A DNA stretch of 64,000 nt, from the NCBI GenBank assembly GCA_964035545.1, contig OZ037767.1, positions 11,232,581 through 11,296,580 of the forward strand. Direction: 5' to 3'. The stretch is from Bugula neritina. Taxonomy: Eukaryota > Animalia > Bryozoa. Under the pieces are notes generated by a model that saw nothing but the letters and a program-made list of their open reading frames with translations, was not told where the DNA came from and searched no databases. Shown here piece after piece: positions 1 through 13,255 of the stretch (its first letter is position 1; each line of letters begins with the position of its first letter). The position numbers and the translations under genes are program-made.

Positions 1-1396
1 AATCATAGGCTAAAGTTATCATGAGGTATGGCAATTATAGAAAGGATTGATTTAATTTCAACAAATATATATTGAAAAAATCTTATTCAATTTCTTATAA
101 CCATCAAATCTACTTGTACTTCAAAGGCAAAATTTATGAAATTCTTATTAGTTTCGCAACTTTAATAGGTGTCAAAAGTTATAAGTACAAAGTTTACACC
201 CATCAATTATCATGAATATCTACGACATCATTACCTCTAACAAGAGCAAACCACAATTTAAATAGACAGTGAAAATATATGTTATAAACCTAAAGAGTCT
301 TCACATATGGTGTTAAATCAGCTGCATAATATGCTTTGTGATGAGAAAATAAGTCAATTGATTATAAACAGGCTGCCAATCTTTGCAAGATGAGAACATG
401 AGAAAGAATTTTATTGCTGCCAAAATAAATCAGCATGATTAACAATTTGGAATAAATGAATACAAAACGCACCTGCACACACACACATATAATTATATAC
501 CATGAGCACATAATTTAGTGCAGGTAACTTAGGCTATTTCTGAATGTCCCATGCTAATATACTGATGGATGTTTCCTCAAGAGCATGACTGTCCTACCTT
601 TCTATAGCATGGAAAGATAAAGCAAAATAAATCTAGATTATTTCATTCTAGCCCCCACAAATAGCTTTTTCGCAATTCAGCAAAAAGTGGCAGTTGTTTG
701 TTTTGCAAGCAGTTAGAAAATGGAATCAGCCAAATGGATGACTTTGCTAAATTTTTCTGGAAAGATTTGTATAGAAATGGTCATGTCATAGTTGTGATCC
801 CTGAGCCGCGCTATGACAACATAATTACATTTTGATGGTCTTTTATGACGTACCTGTGGGCCAGTGGCCAATTGAATGCAGGGTGTAGGCTGTAGAGCTT
901 TGACAACCAATATGGCTTTATTCTGGTTGAATATATAAACCTAAGGGTTGACAAGGAAACAATTAGTCTAGATGCTCATATTGAACTGGTAACAGACTTC
1001 GCGTACATCAAGTGGTGAGTATTAATATCTCCATATTATTGATGGGGAGACAACTGCTGCAATCTAAATATTTTAATACTTCAGCCTCCAACATACTTTA
1101 TCTTGCTTTACTTAATTTTGTAAAAATGAAAGTTAAAACTAAATTAAAACACTATAGGTATCATATCAGGCTAGTAAGTGAAGACAACTTCTTGCAGCAT
1201 GGTTAAGGCCACCATAAGCTTATATAACCAATAATAGTGTATTATAACGTACTTCTTCCTGTGCTACTGTATTGCTGAGCATGGCTAAAGTTACTTATTT
1301 CAGGTGAAATGTTGTATATAAGCAACGTGTGTGTTGGGGGGATGTACACAATTATCGCAGTGCGTTGACCATGTTATATTAAAATATTGAATTAAT

Positions 1397-1474
1397 TATT
1401 GAAACTTAAAACTTAGTTATTGACTGTTGTCACTGCTGAGACAATAGTCAATAACTAAGTTCCAAGTTTCAATA
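1397..1474. repeat. Imperfect inverted repeat (hairpin)
   Basis: tattgaaactt-aa-aacttagttattgact-g-ttgtc ... gacaa-t-agtcaataactaagtt-cc-aagtttcaata. Confidence 0.75.
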
Positions 1475-1593
1475 TTCTTTGCATATCCTGCTATGTTATA
1501 TAGTTATAATACTTTTTAATTTCTATTTGATCATATTTTAACAAGACTGTAATAATTTTAAATTCTGTTTACTTTTAGATATAATATTAAAAG

Positions 1594-2521
1594 ATGCTTA
1601 AATTTCTTGAAAAATCTCCTCTTAGTGGATTGAAATTTCTACAGCGATTGCTCCACAAACACAGCAGTGTGAAAAAAGTAAACATAGCTGAAACAGATTC
1701 AGTTAACCAATCTGACATTTCAATAATCAACACGGACAATACTTCATATACTAACCAAGGCTTGAATCTAACTGATGACTCATACAAACAGAAGAATGCT
1801 GACAGCAGCTCCCCAGAAGTTGTGCTTCAAGTCGAGGCTCTCCCACTAGAACACTGTCAAAGTGAAAGTAGTTTGTTCAACAAAGATGGCTCCCGATTGA
1901 ATCTGACAGACTCTTCTCAGTCTCCAAGAAGTGAAAGTCCCTTCCAGAGAGGAGGCAGGTTGAGATCGAGTATACAAGAATTCAGAAACCGTAGCAGAGC
2001 TCACATAGAGAATGTCAGAGAAAGTATCAGAATAAAAGTAGATGAATATAACAGTTATGATGATGATGGAAATGAGTTGAAAGAGGAGGAAAAATCTCCT
2101 GAGATAACACAGAATCAAGTAAGTAATGTTCATATTATTCTAAACATTTTGCATCTATAAAAATGGTAACTAAAGTTTAGGCTAGAACAAAATCTTTTTT
2201 AAATGAACATCCAGCAAGCACATCTATGCATCATGATGAATTATTATTCATATTGGAACAGATTAAAACGGAGTCTCACTCACAAATTCTGTAAATTTTA
2301 TTGTTTTCAATATATTTAGCCTATACAAATATAAACTGTCATATACTTTTTATACAGTTTTTCCTAAGTTTCAATTATTCACAATTATATTTTAGTTCAG
2401 CACAGCCTTTAGAAGTTCCATGAGACGTTCTAGAAAGTTCATCATGGCGGCTGCACAACAAGTACCCATAACTTCCATAGCAAAGGCATTGGCAGGAGAC
2501 ACTATGGCTTATTATGAATAG
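1594..2521 (+). CDS. Uncharacterised 216-aa protein, two coding exons (1594-2118, 2396-2521); largely low-complexity S/D/E/N-rich
   Basis: Acceptor ttttAG at 1577-78 precedes ATG 1594. Donor CAA|GTAAGT at 2119 and acceptor tttAG at 2394-95 join in phase 0 to FSTAFRSSMRRSRKFIMAAAQQVPITSIAKALAGDTMAYYE*. AATAAA downstream. No recognisable family. Confidence 0.6.
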
Positions 2522-4523
2522 AGAGTACACGCAGTTAGCTTCATAAAAATAGTGGGCTTAGACAAAGAGGTGGGCTAATACATGATGGTAAGCGTCAACA
2601 GAAGAGCACAGGCTGGTTGATATTAGTCTTAGAAAGAAAGATTAGGATGAACTGGAAGTGAATAAAATGCATAGGTTTAGAAAGCATGCATTATTCATAT
2701 TCATACATGCATGATATGTAATATGAATATTTCTTTTCTCATAAACTTCAAAATATGCTGATATGAAAAATTGAAAAGATTAGATGCTATACGGTCTATT
2801 TTGCATATTATTATATAGCATTTTATGTATTTTATAAAATGAAAAGTAAATATTTTATTTTCTTTGATAGCTATGTAAAATCCATGTTAAAGTATTTTGT
2901 ATTTTTGTGATACAAACTATAATTTCTTTTGGTTTTATTCATATCGCCCTAATTAAAGTCAATGACTTTATATATGTTACATATTAATTAATTATTATTA
3001 AATATAAAGATTTATAGCAATGTATGTATATATTTTGGTAAATAAAAGTACTTTATAATATATACTAAAACTTGTTCACAAATCCAAGGAAAAGAATTAA
3101 ATGTGATATATAAAGCATAAAAAACAAAGATAATGTAAATTGGTAAGCTAGCATGCTACATGTATATGTAAATTGACAATTTGCAGCATTTATTAGAACA
3201 ATAAACATCAAGCTATTAGTGAATATTAAAACAGGCATTATTATTTCACAGCTTATATACGTTTCACCTTTTAAAGAACTATATAGGCAGTGTTTTGAGT
3301 GATACTTCTGGCAGCCTTGTTAACCATAAAAATGTGTCACATATATAACTGCATTGTATTTGGAAATGAATAAAAGTCAATACAAAATTTTTAATCAACA
3401 AAATATGAACCTTGATAGCATTAGCTCTACAGCAAGAGATTGTTTTTAAGGAGAAACAAATGCCTAGTTTGGTGAGAAAAAACTAATGTCAAAAATACAT
3501 TATTTTTTGTTAAGCAGCTACTGAACAAAAAATAATATAATTTTGACACATTAAAGCTTAGTAAAGTTTTCTGGTAAGCAGTATATTTGCTGTTTTTATT
3601 GAATAGATACCGGAGCTATGGCTTATGTCATAAGAAAGTATTTACCAATCACCTAGGTAAGTAGTTCACCATTGATAGTATATTAGAGTATATAAAAGCA
3701 TACTAATTATTGGTTATGGCATGATCTATCAAGTATCTAATATTATATTGACTGGCAGGCTATTTTGTGACCACAAAAATGCATGCATTCAGTTTTATCC
3801 TACAACAAATGCACTAAGTTCCCTCTTTTAAAACATAGTTTAATAAATAACAATAATATGAATAAAATATAATGATACACAAAGTAAACCTCCTAACACC
3901 ATATGTCAGCTTAGAAAGACAGAGAATTATATTATTTCCTCTTGTGTAAAAGCTTTTAGCGTTATGCTAATCTTGCTAATAGACAAAAACATATTTTGAT
4001 GAGGCTTGCAAAATATAGTAAACAAAAAAACTGAGTCTGATTATGCTTTATCAAGTGTGAAAAATTGCAACATGAAAAAGAAATTTGGTCTGTTGATTCA
4101 AATGAAGTGCAGTCAACAGATTCCAGCTTATCCAAGCTTATCTGTCATAGCGTCACCCGTCACCGTGTTTTGTCACTATACGCTCGGCTGATGTGCTGAT
4201 AAACAATATGTTTTATAGAATTTTGAATTTGAATTGTATGGTGTACCTTCCAGCTGTGTATGTTACTGATTGTATGAATAATTACTGCTAAGTTATGTCA
4301 TTAAAAGTTATTATAATGGTGGTTGCAATAAGTGAAGTTCTAAATTTTTATAATTAAATATGTAAAATTTATCACAAAAAGATGCAAAAGTAAACAGTTC
4401 GAATCTGTTTTCAACTATTTCTGCTCTTCATGATGCTTGTCAGTCACTGGAATGGCGGGGAAATATCCATTACGTCATATGGATTGCATCATCCTTGCAG
4501 TTAGCATATAAAATATATAGTAT

Positions 4524-5357
<834 letters not shown>

Positions 5358-6237
5358 GCACATGCTAGGTATGAGAACTACAACTTACTCTGAATACATG
5401 CAGTCGCTGTACTTTAATGTAGGGCCACAGGCAAAGTTGTGATGGCCATAATATAGTCAAAAAAAAGAACAGCACAACGCACTATCTAAATGAAAGAATA
5501 AAAGAATCAATCTAAATGAAAGAATAAAAGAATCAGACTGAATACGTGTAGTCTTACACATTAGTAAAAGGGGCCATAGGCTAAACTGGGAGAACATAAT
5601 GTGTGCCTTATTCATCACACTTGCACTTGATTAAAATTAGCAAGTAAAATGCCATGCTTATGTCCCAATTTCTGCAACTAACACAAATTCCTAAATATCC
5701 TTAGGCACATGTAATTCCCTGTTGAAACCATCAAACCATCAGTTCAACACCTAACCCCATGACATCTGCACAACTAGCACTGCGTTTCTATTACTTTTCA
5801 TTATGCAGATGGATGCTCCTACGGCTAGGTTCGTGGTTGTGGTTTCATTGATGCAACTGTTTCTTAACACCAAATTAAAAATCCATTTCTATCATGCAAG
5901 CTTGAAACGTAGTGCAGCACATCCAGGCTTAGAGAAAAAGTTTATATTGTTAAATACATATAAAATGATTAAAATCTACTTGAATGGCTGATGATATTTT
6001 CGTAACAATCTAATAAGTTATGGAGTTATCTGCTCTTTATATTTGGTATATTGTGTGTAAGAATGAAAATTCTAACAGAGCCATACCAAATGGTAGGAGA
6101 AGGATTTATGCAAATTTTGAAACAATGTAACAGAGAAAGCCTTTATAACACCAGCACCCATTAGCTCATGAGAAGTGTTTTTTATTGGCAAAGTATTGTT
6201 TATAATTAGCCTGTAATATATATTATGTAAACAATAA

Positions 6238-6420
6238 GGGAGCAGCTGTGGTCTAGGGGTTAGAGCATTTGCTTAGTAACCATGCAGTCATGGTCATTGA
6301 CGTTAGGAAGAGTATCCACTCCCAATTGCTTCTGTGCCCGGTAAGATTAAGCCCTTAGACCGATTGAACAAAGTCCCTTTCCATCAGAGGTTTTCTCACA
6401 AGGATGGCAACTATAAACTT
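6238..6420 (+). mobile_element. Degenerate tRNA-derived SINE
   Basis: 5' head GGGAGCAGCTGTGGTCTAGGGGTTAGAGC resembles a tRNA D-arm/A-box. No intact B-box/T-arm or acceptor stem; followed by a non-tRNA body. The 3' end is approximate. Confidence 0.5.
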
Positions 6421-6819
6421 GAGCAGTTTTTACATATATAAAAAATAAACCTTTTGCCAAAAAAACTAGTGACAAACAATTCTGATAGGTTATAGTAAAA
6501 GCTGCAGATCTTTGCCAGAAGACAATCTAAACCGCTAAGATAAATCTTTTAACCTGTACTACTTTCATTTGATTCATGAAACACCAATCGCTCAGGTGGT
6601 TTTTCAGCACACTCTATAAATTTATCAACAACCAAATAGAGAATAAATAGCAAACATTTATTTAAATAAATTAAGATGATTTGTCATAAACTAACAATAC
6701 AAAATTATTTGGCCATTACAAACATTTCAAATACTGTAAGGTTTCACAGTCAAAGCTCTTAAAAGTTCGAATTTGTAAGTAAAATCATGAAAAAATTGAC
6801 AACAGCTTAATTTAATAAC

Positions 6820-7223
6820 AGTAGTATATATGGAGCACATTGGGTAGTAGATTGTGGTGGTGGTTCTATATGTTATAATGGGAAGGCTTGTTTGGTGGTG
6901 GTGCAGTGGTGGTGCAGTGGTGGTGCTCGCGTTACACTACGTTGATAGGCCAGTAATTAACGACTTAGCAGTTATTGATAAATAATGATGATAATATTAC
7001 TGATGAATAATTAGTACAATTATAAGATTAATTTGAATAATGGATATATTTGCCAGCAAAATGTCACTGAGGTGAGTACATTGCTAGTTCATAACATTGA
7101 ATAGTTGGAGACAATAATAAATTGATGAATCTACCCGCACTGGTTAAGTTATATAACCCGTAATAATTATTACAGAGCATTCCTTCCTGGTGACCTCAAG
7201 AACAGAGGAAGCATCACGCATGC
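6820..7223 (+). repeat. Polinton left TIR
   Basis: Aligns by eye with the reverse complement of 25107-25504 along its whole length, with scattered substitutions and small indels; contains GGTGGTGCAGT repeats. Confidence 0.93.
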
Positions 7224-7859
7224 CACCTACGAGAAGTGGATCAAGTCGTATAACTTGATGAAGATATTATGAGGATGTCTACAAAACAGAATTTCTATTT
7301 TTATCTAGGCGAAAAAGTAGAGAAGGTTATAAGAGAAATTATAAAAAAAGAATGCACTAGTAAGTAGCTTAATAAGCGCCTCTAAAGCTATGGAAGTAAG
7401 CATCCGCATCAGCCAACTCATCAACGTAGTATATACTCTACAGCTACGAAGATGTAAACCGCAAAGTTGACAGGCAATGGCTATTAAATTCAGCTTACAG
7501 TGAATAAATTACACCTATCAACTAATTACGTAGTCAGAATCTCACGAACTAGAAGGTTGATCAATGATTAGTTAGCCTCGTTACATTACTGTTGCCACTT
7601 TGGTAAATTCTACACTCGTATAATATTCCCTAACCAGGGAAAGATTTTTTCACCATACGTTTATTTTCTTGAAAATATAATGTCTTAATAGAATACTACA
7701 GCTTTAAATTTTAACAGGATAAGAATCTTGTTCAAAAATAAAAGGTAAGTCTACAATTTTCAGTTCTTTATTTAAGAAATTACTACATTTTTGATTAATG
7801 TAATTAAATATAAAAGCATCATTTGCGTATGAATCACAACAATGATAAAGATGGAATAA

Positions 7860-10355
7860 AGATGGAGAAAGCCACGATAAAACCTTGAAGCTGGTTTTAA
7901 GCAGACTGGAAGAAGCAGGACTTGCATTGAATGAAGACAAGTGTGAGATTGGTCAAGCTCAAGTGAAGTTTTTAGGCCACATTATAGATGCTAAAGGAGT
8001 CAGCCCTGACCCGGATAAGGTCGCACCAATACATGACTTTCCAGCCCCTACCTGTAAGACAGAGTTGAGGCGACTAAATGGCATGCTAAATCAGCTAGCT
8101 AAGTTAATCTCTCATCTGTCCGAAATCACAGCTCCCATGAGAGTTACTGAAGGAAAGTAAGGCTTGGACATGGAATCAACCTCAAGAGGAAGCTTTCCAA
8201 AAAGTAAAGCAAACACTGATGTCTGCTCAGGTCATAGCACACTATGATCCCAAGCTGAAAACAATTGTTGCCACTGATGTTAGCAACACTGGACTTAGAG
8301 CTGCTATGTTCCAAATACAAAAAGATGGGACAAGGAGGCCAGTATACTAGGTCTTTAACCTCAGTGGAACAAAATTACGCCGCAATAGAAAAGGAGGCAT
8401 TGGCAATGGCTTGGGCATGCAACAAGCTAGATAAGTTTTTAAGAGGACTACCTTTCACCCTAGAGACTGATCACAAGCCTTTAGTTAAGCTTATGGGTGT
8501 AAAAGACCTAGACCAAGTGCCAGCCAGGATTCTCCGATTGAGACTGCGGCTCATGAGGTATGCTCCAAAGATAGAGTATATCCCAGGGTCTTGCAACCAC
8601 GTAGCAGATGCTTTGTCTCCAGCACCCTCTGGTCTACCATCTCGCATAGATGTCATGCTGGTAGAAGAGCTAGAAGCTAGCACTTCCATTATACCTTTAA
8701 TAGATCCAATGATCGAAAAAAATCAAGGAGGCACAACAACTAGATGCTGTGTGCCAAGAGGTCCGAAATTTCATCATAAAAGGATGGCCTAAATATAAAA
8801 CAGATGCCCACACAGCAGTACACCCTTACTGGGATGTCAAAGGACATTTGACACAATCTAAAGGCCTTTTATATGGTTAGCGGCTAGTCATCCCTAGCAG
8901 CCTAAGACTAAAACTGCTTGACCGCATTCACCAGGCCCATCAAGGAATAGTAAAATGTCAGACAAGAGCTAGAAGAGCTATCTGGTGGCCCGAAATGTCC
9001 AACAAAATAAAGGAAACGGTATAAGGGTGTCGGTAGCGCAAAATCAACTCACCGACGCCGGTAGAGCCTCTTCAGCCGTCCACCTTGTCATCTAAACCCT
9101 GGATAAAGTTAGGTGCAGACCTGTTCGAGTTCCAGAAAAAGAAACTATCTGTTAGTGGTCGATTACCATAGCAGATACATAAAAGTTGGGAGATTGGACT
9201 CCCCGTCTTCAGCATTCACTGTGGACAAAGTTAAATCCATCTTCTCAACACATGGAATTCCCGAGGTAGTCATTACTGACAATGGACCTCAGTTCAGCTC
9301 TAAGGAGTTCCAAGAATTTGCCAAGAGTTATGGTTTTCAACACGTGACCAGCTCTCCAAAATATCCAAAGGCCAATGGTGAAGCTGAGAGAGCGGTAAGA
9401 ACAGTAAAGCGTTTGTGGAGCAAAACTACAGATCCATACTTAAACCTACTAACCTATAGAGCTACTCCACTTGAAAACGGATTCACTCCTTCAGAACTCT
9501 TGATGAACAGGCTACTTCGAACTACTCTACCCTCAATGCCTGAAACCCGAGTAGTTCACAAGCCACCAAACATTGCTGAGAAGGAACAACACATAAATCT
9601 AAGGATCATGAATAACTACAACCAACGGCACAAAGCCACTCTGTTGCCTAAACTTTCTCAAGGTTTACCCGTCTATGTCAAAGACACTAAGAAACAGAGC
9701 ACAGTTCTGGCAAGTGTAGCTCCACACTCATACACAGTTAAAACTGAAACAGGAGTTATACGCCGAAACAGAAGTGCGTTGGTAGATCTTCGGGAAGTGG
9801 ACCCCGTATTGCTTGAACCAAATGCTCCTTTGCCGGTTCCTATGGGTGCAGAGGTGCTTGGTCCAAAAGCTAACAAAAAAGCCAATCCATCAAGAACACA
9901 GGCACCCCGGAACATTGGTTGCAGAGGGCTCGGGTACGTCTTTAGCCCATACAGCCACTCCAACGGTTCCGGGTGGGTTTGGTGCTCTACCCAGAGAGCA
10001 AAGATTGCCATGGAGATTTGATGACTATGTGATGAAGTATTGTCCAGATGATCTAACCACGGAGACACTTGTGCCTTCTATGCAACAACCATGAATATAC
10101 ATATTATCATGTTTTTTCTCACTATTGTTAACCTTTATTTACTATTGTCAACCTTAATTAATAGCATACATGATTACATATAAATGGTTTTTGTAACCAA
10201 CTTAGAAAGGGGGATGTTGTGTTGTTTGACTCGCTATTATTCACCGCGTGACTTGTTGAGCTCGGGGATTTTCCTGTTAGTTGAATTGAAATAAATCACG
10301 ATAATTATCAGCTTAGACTCAATCCAGCGTTGTACTCTTGTGCACCAATTACACA
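7860..10355 (+). mobile_element. 5'-truncated Gypsy LTR retrotransposon (RT C-terminus, RNase H, integrase, PPT, 3' LTR ~10215-10355)
   Basis: LNEDKC..VKFLGHII..GVSPDPDKV (RT); YAAIEKEALA..ETDHKPL (RNase H); TDNGPQF..SSPKYPKANGEAERAV (integrase); frameshifted; PPT agaaaggggga then TGTTG...ACA. Confidence 0.88.
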
Positions 10356-10646
10356 GAAGTACATAGATGTTGCATATTTACAACTTGCTTTCAAACGATA
10401 TGTGTTCAATAGTAGCAGTGATAGTATTGAATTTCTTTTCACCAAATATATATTGAGATATATTGAAATAAATTGAAGTGTATAGATGTTGTAGATTAAC
10501 AACCTGCTTTTAAACAGTAATATGTGCTCAATGTGAAATATATATGCATAACAGTATTCCATTCACCAACATAAGATAGTATTGATACAATATTTCCCCG
10601 TCATCAAAAATATAACATACTCATATCATTATAAAGTCAGTGTCCG

Positions 10647-11414
10647 TCAGCCCAAAAACCTTATGATTGGTTCGGCGCGTTTGAAATAAGTAATTTGATC
10701 TTGTGGGATGTCATCTGCTTTAATTTCTGTCACATTAAGTGACCAAAATAATTCATCATTAACTTTTTTTGTCACACTGTTTCTCAAAATACAAGTCAAT
10801 TTTCCCACTTTTCCGAAAAATTCTCCTACCTTTAATAGTTGAGGTTGTCTGTTGAGTACCGCGTTCACACAAACCTCATCGTTCATGTTTTTAACGTCAA
10901 CATAACAACCGAGCAATGTTGAGTTTTCACTCTTGCCATAGAATTTAATTTTTTTTTCAAAAATTTTGGCTAGCTTTGTTTTAAAAAGTTCTAGGTATTT
11001 GAGTTTTTTTACATATAAGCATGGCCCACTGTTGGGAACTTTTAATTCATAAATTTTAACTCGCCGATAAATTCATCGGACTTGAAAGAAAAAGAATTTA
11101 CAGCATCGGTTTAATGTTGGTATTAGCTTGTCATTGTAGTAGGATAGTTGTGCTTGCTCATAATTAACAGGGATTAGATAGCAACCTTCTTCATTTGCAG
11201 GTGCTTTGCTCTAATCGACAGTGGCAGCAGTAGTGGCAGAATCATCACTTGTTGTAACAGTTGTACCAGTAGATGAACTAGCGAATGGAATAGACGACAT
11301 CATAGAGGAAGGAGTGGTACTTATGCTAAAAAAGAGAGATTTATTACTATGCCGTATAATTTGAAGCAGAACACTGATCATCAACAACGTTTTATTGGAG
11401 ATTTCGCTTCTCAT
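10647..11414 (-). pseudogene. Polinton cargo ORF (~255 codons, 2 internal stops): hydrophobic N-terminus, S/T-rich stalk, Cys-containing domain
   Basis: ORFs 11211-11414 and 10647-10916 share a frame and read through continuously (..TAATVD*SKAPANEEGCYLIPVNYEQ..LNRCCKFFFFQVR*IYRRVKIYELKVPNSGPCLYVKK..STLLGCYVDV..). Confidence 0.55.
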
Positions 11415-11564
11415 GACGGTGTGAAAATTGTATAAAACTTTGATTCACTGTTTTTATCATGCATTTTTTATCTAACTACAACGGTGGAAACATCTAAGAA
11501 AATTAAGAGAAACTTCACATCTTCTTAAACGTTAGCAAAAGCAAGTAACGCAATCAATTCCGAT

Positions 11565-11810
11565 ATGATATCCACAGCCAGTAAGGATTTAATTCTAAGC
11601 CTGGTTGAATGCGCGAGTAATATTATAAAAGACAATGTGCGACTGACACCTGCTCAGTTTCATCATCTGAGACGATACAAAGTAGAACTAGAGCGCTTGG
11701 TCAAGCCCAGAACCTCTCGAAGAGATAAGAAAACTATTCTACAAAAGAGAGGATTTTTAGGAGCATTAGTTCGGCCGTTACTAGAATTACTTCTTGGACC
11801 ACAAAGATGA
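11565..11810 (+). CDS. Small basic Polinton/adintovirus protein with C-terminal amphipathic (G)GFLGALxxPL motif (pX/cupiennin-like)
   Basis: LVECASNIIKDNVRLT..L..YK..L..KK.ILQKRGFLGALVRPLL resembles the conserved ORF upstream of Polinton integrases; the true start may lie further upstream. Confidence 0.65.
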   Translation: MISTASKDLILSLVECASNIIKDNVRLTPAQFHHLRRYKVELERLVKPRTSRRDKKTILQKRGFLGALVRPLLELLLGPQR

Positions 11811-12518
11811 AACTTGCTAAAAAGTATTTCCTCATTGACAATGATCATTTCCAACAAATAATGGCGTCACAAAACACCACCAACAACAGACATATTCACT
11901 CATCCTGATGCGAAGCTTGCCAAGCTCTAACAGAAAACAATGGAGCATATTGCTGACAGTGAAACTCTTACAGATTCTGAAAAAATTCAACAACACTCAA
12001 AAATTCTTGAGCAGTATTTAGAAAATTTTATAGACGCCGTGCAAGTTGAAAGAAAACAGGCCTGGTTAGGTAATCGAGCTTCAACTAAAACCACAGGATT
12101 AAGTAATGAAATAACCTCCGCCCCACAACAGGAATTAGGGATGGTAATTAAGGAACCACCGACTGAAACGGAAGAGAAGCAAAGGTTAATAATTAAAGTG
12201 AAAGATGGTGATAATCCAGGTCTCAAAACAGAAGCTTGTAAACTCTTACACAGCATTTCAAAAACTAACACTGTACGCTGGTCAGATGATGGTTAAGTTA
12301 TATATCGTGAAAAAAAGATAAGAGGCTCAGATATAAAGCAGCTAGTGGCAAATAAAGATGGCACGCCACTTGAGCAAGAGCCAATGAAATCTGTATTGAA
12401 AAAATTTAACGAAATTTTGAACCAAGAAGGAATTTTCACAAGACAGCGAGGAGCGAGCGTGAGCACCTACAGAGATTTTAAGAAGCAAATAAAACACAAA
12501 TGGCATAGTTATGAGTAG
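11807..12518 (+). pseudogene. Conserved Polinton ORF preceding the integrase (disrupted)
   Basis: ATGA overlap with the previous stop; MKLAKKYFLI..; LTDSEKIQQHSKILEQY; ACKLLHSI..VRWSDDG*VIYREKKIRGSDI (WxxxGxxIxxxxxIxGSxI pattern). Confidence 0.55.
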
Positions 12519-13255
12519 GCTCTTTCAACTTTACTTCACTCCAAGATTAAAAGCATCTCTAGGAGGTGTCAAAAGACTAATATCACATCATATTTCACCT
12601 TACAAAATCAAAGTCAATAATGCCAAAAATGGCTACGCAGCCACGAAGCCCACTCTCTCCACAAACCGGCTAGAAGAAAGTTTACAAGATGTAAAACTAT
12701 TGTCTTGGGTATTGGCGAACAGTTAAAAGCTGATCTAATTGATATGCGAAGACTTGAGAAAACAAATGATGGAATGGCGTACCTCTTGACCGCCATAGAT
12801 GTTTTCTCTAAACGTGCATGGGAAACTCCAATTTGTTCAAAATCTGAAGAACATATGAGCGCGGTGCAAAACAAAATTTTTTCAAATACAAACTTCAGAG
12901 CTTTACAAACTGACAAAAGGAGAGAGTTTTTGAAGACCTACTCAAAGAAAACAATGCTCATCATTTCGCAACTGAAAACAAAACTGTCAAAGCATCAATA
13001 ATAGAGGGCTTAAACAGAGCGTTGCAAACAACACTATACAGGTGGTTCACATTAAAAAAAATAGCTCACGCTATGTCGACGTTCTAGATGATGTAATGAA
13101 TTCTTATAACAACAGATACCGTACGAGTATTGGTATGTCACCAAATGAAATAACAGCAAACAATCAAGAAGATGTATGGTTGAAGATGTATCTCCCTAAC
13201 ATGCATAAAATACAAACTAAATTGCGAGCGGGTGACTAAGTCTGAATATTGAAAG
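12511..13255 (+). pseudogene. Polinton retroviral-like integrase, frameshifted and 3'-truncated
   Basis: LYFTP..ASLGGV..L; WL..HEAHSLHKPARRKF; EQLKADLIDM..NDG..YLLTAIDVFSKRAW; LQTDKRREF; RYVDVL..SYNNRYRTSIGMSP; stops at RAGD*V, before the usual C-terminal region. Confidence 0.9.

Noticed and set aside
6238-6310. Functional tRNA gene
   Set aside because: Only the A-box/D-arm is recognisable; no T-arm or cloverleaf, so treated as a SINE head.
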